From Lama guanicoe (lineage: Eukaryota): 64,000 nt of DNA. Positions 55,992-64,000 of the stretch are shown in pieces. Position 1 is the stretch's first letter. Each line of letters starts with the position of its first letter. The DNA lies in assembly GCA_013239625.1 (NCBI GenBank), contig MU053810.1:5674071-5738070 (forward strand), in the 5' to 3' direction. The position numbers and the translations under genes are program-made. Below the pieces are notes generated by a model that ran no database searches, had not been told where the DNA came from, and saw nothing but the letters and a program-made list of their open reading frames with translations.

Positions 55992-56069
55992 CTGGTTATT
56001 GCTTTTTGCATGTTAAGTAAAATTTTCATCCAAGTACAAAAAGCTTAATCAAATAGATTTACTTTTTAA

Positions 56070-56410
56070 ACGTAGGAATCCCACTCAGCAATAAAAAGGA
56101 ATGAAATGTTAGTAAACGCAACATCGTGGATGAATTGCAGATCCATTATGCAAAGTGAAAGGAGCTTGGCTCAAAAGGGTACAATGATACATTCTGGAAA
56201 AGGCTAAACCATAGGGATGGAAAACAGCTCCGTGGTTGACAGGGGTGGGGTGGGGGCAGGACTGACTACAGAGGGGGCAGCACAAGGGAATCGGGGAGGC
56301 AATGGAACTGTTGTGCATCAGGAATGTGATGGTGGAGACAGAATTTTATGAATCAGTCCAAATTCATGGAACTGTACACAGTAAAGGATGGATTTTATGG
56401 TCTACAGATA
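56070..56410 (+). mobile_element. Old L1M 3' end fragment
   Basis: actcagcaataaaaaggaatgaa..gcaacatcgtggatgaa..cattctggaaaaggc. Confidence 0.7.
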
Positions 56411-56944
56411 AACATCATTTTTTTTTGTTTTTGCAAAAGTAATTCCCTTTCCACGCTTTACCCAGTGCCCTGCTCTCCAGATGGCAACCCCTTTTAGCAG
56501 TTTCAGTTGTATCTTTTGGTATTTACTCCTTGCCTCTAAATAACTGCTTAATTTGCTGCTTGAGTTTTCGGTGTCAGGCATTATGTGTTGACTTCCGACC
56601 TCAGTGAGTATTTAGCTTGTCTCCTGTATCTTTCTTCTCTCTCTCATCCCCGTGACCCTGCAGACATCTCGTCCTCCAGTCTCCCACCAGTTAAATCATA
56701 ATTTTGAGTGGTTCCATATTTCATATGTGTTATGACCATGTAAATAACATTTAAATGAGCCATGTCCTACACTGTCATTTCTTTCTCTTACATGTTTTCT
56801 TTGTGGTTTCTACGAGATTAATAATTGTGCTTTTTACTCCTGCTTAAGTTTTTATATCATTGGCACCAGTTTAGCCCCCAATTCTCCCCTGGTGTCTAAA
56901 GCTCCTCACAGTATATTCATATACCTACAGCAATCTCACAACTC

Positions 56945-57577
56945 TTTTTTTCCTGCCTCAGGTTTGTTTGTACAAATAGCACAGGTAGACATGAGCCCCA
57001 TGCAGACAGCAGCCCAGGGGTCAAACTAGTCCTTATATCCTCACATCAGTAGACGAAAGCCTCTACTCTGGAGCCTTTGTGGGGGCCTGGGGGCCTCTGG
57101 GAGCCTGAGCCTGAGCTGCAGCTGCAGCTATGGCCTTGGTCTGAGCCTTGTCCTTGGCCTTTGGCCGACAGAGCCTGAGACCCATGGCGATGCAGACACG
57201 AGCACGTTTCCCGAGCCTGGGGTGAGCAGTGTAGGCAGGTCAGCTGAGCTTGCGGCTGCTGCCCTTTGGGACCTTGGGCTTGACCTCCTTGGGCTTTCCG
57301 AGAGCCTTGACAGCCTCAGCACGTGAGCTCGTGGCCTTGGCGTTGTTCGCCTGCATCTTCTTCAGGCCCTTCTTGTTGTGCTTCTTGGCAAAGCGCGTGT
57401 TCCTCAGGAATTTGGGATCCACCCCCTTAAGAGATTTGTATCTTTGTGATCGGGGCTTTCTGATGCCGTTTCTGTGCCATTTTCGGGACTGGTTGTGTAT
57501 GGTGTGGTTCTTTGACTTGGCCATGCCTGCACCGGAGCCGGGAGATCCCGAATTGCCGGGGACCGGAAGAGAAAGAG
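56945..57577 (-). pseudogene. RPL29: Processed pseudogene of 60S ribosomal protein L29 (eL29), full-length mRNA copy
   Basis: 5' TOP tract CTCTTTCTCTTCC at 57577; ATG 57524 (MAKSKNHT..); intronless; premature TGA at codon 95 (57240-2, probably CGA>TGA); frame continues to native TAG at 57063-5; 3'UTR with AATAAA degraded to AACAAA; short A tail 56945-51. Confidence 0.95.
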
Positions 57578-58200
57578 CTCTTCTTTTTTTCATTGTAAGT
57601 TATCACAAGATGCTGAATGTAGTTCCCTCTCATATACAGTGGAACTTAGTTGTTTATCCATTTTATATATAGTAATGCATATCTGCTAATCCCAAACTCC
57701 TAATTTATCCTTCCCCCTCCCTTTTCCCTTCGGTAACCGTAAGTTTGTTTTCTATGTCTGTGAGTCTCTTTCCATTTTGTAAATATGTTCACTTGTATCT
57801 TTTTTTTTTTAGATTCCACGTGTAAGTGCTATCATATGATACTTATCTTTCTGTCTGACTTTGCTTAGTATGATAACTTCTAGGTCCATCCATATTTCTG
57901 CAAAAGGCATTATTTTATTCGTTTTATGGCTGAGTAGTATTCCATTGTATATAAATATACCACATGTTATTTATCCAGTCGTCTGTCAATGGACACTTAG
58001 GTTGCTTCCATGCCTTGGCTATTATAAATAGTGCTGCTGTGAACACTGAGGTGCATGTATCTTTTTGAATTAAGAGTTTCCTCCAGATATATGCTCAGGA
58101 GTGGGACTGCTGGATCATAGGGTAACTCTATTCTTAGTTTTTTAAGGAATCTCTATACTGTTTTCCTTAGTGGCTGCACCAGATTACATTCCCACCAACA
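57578..58200 (-). mobile_element. L1 3'-region fragment abutting the 5' end of the RPL29 retrocopy
   Basis: Same L1 3' motifs as 28268-28775 (aagttatcacaagatgctgaatgtagttccct, tttatggctgagtagtattccattgtat, cattcccaccaaca); lacks the terminal 3' segment and its own poly(A). Confidence 0.85.
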
Positions 58201-58553
58201 CAACTCTGCCATCCTGATCTTCCTTCTAGGAATGGCTGGTCTGTCCTGCTCCGGTCTGGCTGGTTCGTCTCTGTGCTGAGTGCACGTCTGTCGTTCTGGG
58301 ACAGCCCTTCCATTATCCTTGGGACGCCTTTTATCTTCTTTTTGGGTGGGAACCCCTTTTTCCTAGAGCACTTGAACTCTTTCAAGGTTTACCCTGTCAT
58401 TTCTGTCAACCACATCCTCTAATAGTTCCTTAGAAAGAGTATGTAAAAACTTTTTGAGACCCTGAATGTCTTAAAATCTCTTTAATCAACCCTCCCATCT
58501 AATTGATAGTTAAAGTGAGTATGGAATTCTGATGGGAGTCATTTCTTCCCAGA

Positions 58554-59910
58554 TTTTTTTTTAAATAAACATTCCATTTATTCACTTTCAAGCTTGCTCA
58601 AAGTGACAAGTAAAAAGAAGATATTATCCATCTTGAAAAAAAGTCACTATTATGACACAGAACAAAGAAAACTTTGAAGAAAATAAGACTTAAAATATCT
58701 ATTTTCAGACATATAGGGAAAGGGGTTTTAGGATTTAGGATTATATGCAGTACAATTTTACATAATCATATATAATGTCGGGGTCAATTTCTATCAAATA
58801 TTCCCATGCTCTGGAACTTTGTTACTCAGAAAGTGGCCTGACACCAGCAGCATCAGAGTCATCCAGAGCTTATTAGAAATGGTGGACCTCAGCCCCCACC
58901 TCCTACCTACTGAAATCAGAATCTGCATTTTAATTCATTCCTATGAGATTCACATACCTATGAAAGTGCGAGAAGCACTGACTGCACCAGGAAACCACCT
59001 CAGTAACCATACTCTCCTGGTGTCCTAGAACCCTGTTTGGTTTTTGCCTACTACATTTGACACATAAATTTTACATATCCATACACTGAAATCACGTTGT
59101 GTATAAATGATATAAAGGTATATATATTTACCAACATAGATCATCATGTAGTTAATTTTTTAAAAAGCATTTAAATATTTTATATGGTTCCATTAGGAAG
59201 AAAATATACAAATGTAAGTTTACACAGAAAGACATCTAGAAGTCTCTACTCCAAATATTAAGGGGGGGATCACAAGTTTTTTTTCTTAGTTTTCATTGTT
59301 TTCTAACTTTTTAAAAATAAGCACAAATTACTAGTATAGTTTTTAAAATAATAAAAGTTTAAAAAAACATGGAAAATTGAAAATGGGATAGAGCTGCATC
59401 AGGACACAGACGGTTCAGCAAGCCAAAGGCAATGCATTCTCTTGTATCTTGGATGGACTGTTGAAGCCCATAGGCTCCCTGGAGAAGCTGTGCTTTCAGG
59501 CGTAGCTCCTCGAAGGACTTCACTGAGCAAAGAGGGGAGTTTGGATCCCGCTGTAGGACTGCCACTTGGTTGGTGTTATCAACAAGGTTGCTTCTGATCA
59601 GCTTGTTGAGTAAGGATTGGGCGGCTCTGTCCTCTTTCTCTTCTTCGTCTGTCTTCTCTGCATTAGCATTGGTCTTGACAACAGCACCACTGGCATCTGG
59701 CTTGATTTTCTCTTCCTTAAGATTCAAGTTGCTCAGCGACTCGGCCGCCGCTTCCTGCTCGCCCACCGCCAGGGCGCACGAGTCGGTGGCCAAGGTGCCA
59801 GGCGCAGCTGAGGCGCTGGTGCTGGCGAGCTGGCCGGCCAGCGCGGCGCGATGAGCCATCCGCGATCCCCGACAACTCCGGCCCCGCCAACGGGGAAGGA
59901 AAGTCATTCG
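58554..59910 (-). pseudogene. DDX19B: Processed pseudogene of DEAD-box mRNA export helicase DDX19B, 5'UTR + first ~130 codons + non-coding 3' segment and poly(A)
   Basis: Intronless (L)ATDSCALAVGEQEAAAESLSNLNLKEEKIKPD..DRAAQSLLNKLIRSNLVDNTNQV..SVKSFEELRLK; AESLSNL/VVKTNANAEK match DDX19B rather than DDX19A; start ATG>TTG at 59791-3; ~5-nt deletion near 59470 and ~2-nt deletion near 59422; AATAAA at 58577-82 (minus), A tail 58554-62. Confidence 0.9.
58815..58985. mobile_element. MER5-like MITE carried inside the DDX19B retrocopy 3' segment
   Basis: accagcagcatcag..gagcttattagaaatg..cctactgaaatcagaatctgcattttaa..aaagtgcgagaagcactg. Confidence 0.7.
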
Positions 59911-60580
59911 CTCCTCCCAGAATTGTTAAGGCTCTTTGCTCCGTTATCACCTGGCTTCCAGTGCTGCTGTTGAAAAGTACAAGCATTTCAATTCCTGACA
60001 CTTTATATGGGACCTGCCTTCTCCTCTGGAAGCTTTTAGGTTTCTCTTTGTTTCCAGTGGCATGAAATTTATAAGAATATGTCTTGATACGGAAATTGCA
60101 ACCTTTGTACTGAACTCCCACCCCCGTTCGTTCAGTTTGGAAAATCGGACTCTTCTAGAATTTTTTTTTTCTTTTTACTTTGCTCTCTTGTGTTTGCTTT
60201 ATTCTCTTTTTTTTTTTCCCCCTGAAACTCCTGTTATTTGGAAGTTGAAGCCTCTGGGTAATTCTCTAGTTTTTATGCCCTTCTTCTCCTATTGTCCATC
60301 TCTTTGTCCTTTCTGTTTTACTCTTTAGACGCTTTCCTTAACTTTGTCTTCTAGACCGTCTTTTGAATTTTCATTTCTGCTGTTATATTTTTAATTTCCA
60401 AAAACTCTTTCTTATTCTGAGTTTTTAAATAGAAGTTTGTTCTAGTTTCGTAGATACAATCATCTCTTAGCTTTCAACTTTGGGTGTTAGTCATAGTTGA
60501 TTTTTCTGTTTGTTTTGGTCTCTCATGTTAGAAGTTCTCCAGGGAACACTGCTGTGCTCACATTGAAGAACGAGGCATCA

Positions 60581-60712
60581 GTCGGGAGGGCAGAGCTCAA
60601 TGGTAGAGCGCATGCTTAGCATGCACGAGGTCCTGGGTTCAATCCCCAGTACCTCCTCTAAAAATAAATAAACCTAATTACCTGCCCCTGCTGAAATAAA
60701 ATAATTAAATAT
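60581..60712 (+). mobile_element. Vic-1-type SINE
   Basis: tRNA-Ala(AGC)-like head, tail AAATAAACCTAATTACC; imperfect TSD AAGAACGAGGCATCA / AAGAACAGGCCATCA. Confidence 0.9.
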
Positions 60713-61187
60713 AAAGAACAGGCCATCAAATAATCAAAAAACTGGCAGCTCTGTGTTCATAGGTAGAGCTTGTCACCCTTATGCTTCCCTGAAGGACAAC
60801 CTCACTGGACCATCTACATAGGAAACCAGCAAAGTCATTATCTTTGGGTCTTTTCTATGTGGTGGTCAGATTCCCCAGAGAAGAATCTTCCATTTGAGTG
60901 CCTGGAGGATATAAACTTGGCTACCAAAATTCCAAGATGAGGAAGAAGGCTGGGGGCTCAACACTTAGAATCCTTTCTTTTCTCTGTCCCTGCTCTGCCT
61001 AGCATCTCCTGGTCAGATGCCTTCCATTTTGTCGGTTTTACATCACATAGGAAAGGGATGGCCACCTCTTGGCTTGATGGCTCAGAGGGGAGGTGGAGGA
61101 ATCTAACTATGAAAGACTCTTCACCAAATCTCATTTGTTTTTAGTCCCCCCTTCACCTTCTTCTTCAGAGGTTTTGTGAGCCTTCTG

Positions 61188-61496
61188 GGTTGGTTGTTTG
61201 TTTTTATTATAGTATAGTCAGTTACAATGTGTCAGTTTCTGGTGTACAGCACAATGTCCCAGTCATGCATATACATACATATATTCATTTTCATATTATT
61301 TTGCATTAAAGGTTATTCATGCTATTGAATATAGTTCCCTGTGCTATACAGGACAAATTTGTTTTTTTAATCTATTTTTATATATAGTGGTTAAGATTTG
61401 CAAATCTCAAACTCCCAAATTTATCCCTTCCCACCCCCTTACCCCCATAAGATTGTTTACTATGTCTGCGAGTCCCTTTCTATTTTGTAGATGAGT
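61188..61496 (-). mobile_element. 5'-truncated L1 3' end
   Basis: 11-bp TSD TGAGCCTTCTG at 61177 and 61497; same family as 28268-28775. Confidence 0.88.
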
Positions 61497-61829
61497 TGAG
61501 CCTTCTGTTTTGATCCACACCTCTTCCTCCTGCTGGCTTGTTTATTAGCTGTTTCCAGTCTAAGTCATCTACTCTTTCCAGCTGCCAAATTTTTTTGTTC
61601 TCATTTCTACCTTCTCTGACATGACCCCCTCACCCAGCTCATTATTATCTGTCACAACACTCTCTGTGGCTTCTCCAGAACAGTCATCTTAATCAGTAAT
61701 CATTGCATTAATTTATTTGCTTATTTCTGATTACCCGTCTCTGCCACTAGACTCATAGCTTCCGAGGGAAGACCTTGTGTGCTCATCCTTATTTATTCCT
61801 CATGCGTACCACACACCATGCTCGTGGGA

Positions 61830-62085
61830 GAGATTACAGCCCAGGAGCTAAGAATATAGGCTCTTGGGAGTTCTAGGTTCAAATCCCAGCTTCACTTCTT
61901 ATAGTAAATGTATAGCCTTGGAGAAACAGTCTACCTATGGGTCATTTTTTTTTCATCAGCAAAAGTGGGATAATCATCATCTTCTCTGCTAAAGTTTTGG
62001 GGATAATTTAATGAGAGAAGCCAGGTAGTGAGACAATGCTGAGTGCATGCCTGGCACTTGGTAGGCAACCAGTAAATGCTAAGGT
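61830..62085 (+). mobile_element. MIR SINE
   Basis: ggttcaaatcccagctt, agccttgg, aaaagtgggataat, gtgcatgcctggcac..gtagg core motifs. Confidence 0.65.
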
Positions 62086-62248
62086 AGGCACAGGATTTTA
62101 AAAAATTAATGATTAAGTGCCCTAACATTTTTTAGTTTGAAAATATGGTCACTATATATATATTTCACACACAGTTTGGGGCATGTGCTTCTGTCCCCTT
62201 TTGTTCAGTTAATAAGGTCAGGGTCTTCTGTTGTTTTCTCCCCAACAG

Positions 62249-62358
62249 GATCTCCATCACAAGGGTCACTGCTGACATCTCGCTGGCCAAGCGCTCAGTG
62301 TTGAACAATCCCAGTAAGCATGCAATAATAGAGCGATCCAACACAAGGTCAAGTTTAG
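62249..62358 (+). CDS. CACNB2: CACNB2 coding exon 10 (GK), (R)[36 protein letters not shown]
   Basis: 110 nt, CAG acceptor, GTAAGT donor, phase 2/1; peptide visible in ORF 62145..62387. Confidence 0.97.
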
Positions 62359-64000
62359 GTAAGTGTGACCAGAAACTGGCACATTGAAACTGACGGTACT
62401 TAAATTTAAAAAAAAAAGTTTACATAAGTGTGCGCCCTGCCGAGGAGCCAAAGCGCTTTAAAGCCTTCTCTCCGGAGGCTGCCAGTAAGGAGATCTAACT
62501 CGATAATTTCATGTGTCACAGAGCAGAGAGGAGACAGACACATGCTGCCAGTTGCTGCTGCTATAGTCTTAGCGATTTCACGGTATGGAAGGGTTTGTTT
62601 TGAAAGCTTGAGTTAAAAATTCCACAGGCTGTCAGCATGAATGTTGTGGTTGTGGTTTGTTTTCACGGATGTAACCTTTGGTGTCTACAGACTCTCAAAA
62701 CGCCTGGCTTTGCCTCAGTGTTGGCACAAACAAGGTCATTAACCTCTGTAAGGCCCAGTTTCCTCGTCGAAACAAAAAGAGATAATAGTACCTACCTTGT
62801 AGAATTATTGTAAGGATTAAACATAGTGTGTCCTCTGTAAATAACGGCTGTTATCCCAGCTCCCCCTTAATGCTTGAATTATATCAATAATTATATTCAG
62901 GATATTTGTGTGTGAGTGTGTATGAGCTTGATAAAGGATGAAGTCAGTTCCTGATCATGTTCTACTGATTGAGAGCAGTATTTTTGTTTCATCAATAAGA
63001 AACAGTTTGGAGATTTTAGTTAACGTGTCTACAGGGTTGTGTTTGAATATTGTTGATTAACTTGTGCTAGTTTGATCAAATGAAACATCTGTGGCAACTA
63101 TGTCGTCTCTCCGGCACCTGCTCGGAGTCTTGGGTTAATCGCTGTTACACATGTAACTTATTGGGTTGTTAGGCTTCTGTTTTTAGAAACGAAATTCTCT
63201 CCAGGTTCTATGAGATCTTTGGTTTTAGTTCATTTTTTCTATTTATATGTAAATGTATAAACCCTTTGAGAGGCTGGCTTTTAACACAGAAGTTTTGAGT
63301 GTAGTCTGAAGTATATTCTGTAACCAAAAGAGAAACTGTTAAGAATAAGGAACTTTCTGTTAGTACTCATTACACTATTGATAATACTTTAGTACTTTGT
63401 AAAGTATACACTTATTGCTGTGGTACTATTGCTGTAATACTGCATAGAACTCAGTTCTGTTCTTCACCAACCTACCCCTCATTGACTAAAACTGTAGTAA
63501 TCAGAGCTTTAGAAATACACTGAGGAGAAAATGTGATCATACATTTTGTTGATAGTGATTTCATACCCTTATCATCTGTGACCCTTAAAACTACACATTT
63601 TCAGTGCTCACAGGAGTTGTTACAAAATGCTCATTTCTTTGATTCAGCTGATGAACAAGATCAGGTGAACTTTCTAACTATATAGTATAGTTAAATGGGC
63701 CTGTCTGCAGCATATTGTTTATTGGGCATCCACCAGACACTGAATGTCATGCTAAAGTCTGGGAACAAAAAGGTGAATGAGATGAAGCCCCTGCCCCACT
63801 GGTGCAGCAATAAGGCAAATACGTTAACAGCTCCCCGGAGTGGAGGGGGTGAGGAGGGTGGTCGTGCACTGAACTGGTTACCAAAGAGCTTACGCTGCAG
63901 CAGGTGGAGCCACCGGAAAAGGCCTCCCCCAGCTGCTCAGCCTGAGCTTGGACTTGAAGCCCGATAGGCTTTAGCCAAGAAAAAATGGGGAAAGAGTGAA

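Noticed and set aside
57525..57593. In-frame upstream ATG extending RPL29 by 23 aa
   Set aside because: The ATG lies in the fused L1 fragment and the frame still hits the premature stop at codon 95; most likely chance.
57250..57672. 140-aa plus-strand ORF
   Set aside because: Antisense shadow of the RPL29 retrocopy.
60581..60660. tRNA-Ala(AGC)-like sequences here and at eight other sites
   Set aside because: They have SINE tails, A-rich ends, TSDs at most copies and imperfect stems; they are SINE heads, not tRNA genes.

Overview
Mammalian genomic DNA, very probably a camelid (inferred from nine tRNA-Ala-derived Vic-1-type SINEs). The whole window lies inside CACNB2 (voltage-gated Ca channel beta-2 subunit) on the + strand. 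The first ~35 kb is repeat-rich intron. It is followed by coding exons 4, 5, 6, the alternative HOOK exons 7A/7B/7C, and exons 8, 9 and 10 (numbering as I recall it for human); all have GT-AG boundaries and consistent phases. The most unusual region is 55.6-59.9 kb in intron 9, where three mRNA retrocopies sit antisense to the host. (i) A DDX19B copy looks like a fossil of an intronically polyadenylated transcript: spliced 5' exons, a retained GT donor, ~850 nt of intron-like sequence, AATAAA and poly(A). (ii) A full-length RPL29 copy is fused to an L1 fragment inside one candidate target-site duplication. (iii) An unidentified ~200-nt polyadenylated fragment is nested in a SINE. Exon 5 also carries two unexpected SH3 substitutions (NNDWW>NNVWW, EGCE>EGYE). 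There is no prokaryote-type system and no CRISPR array. Repeat family names come from remembered consensus motifs and their boundaries are approximate.
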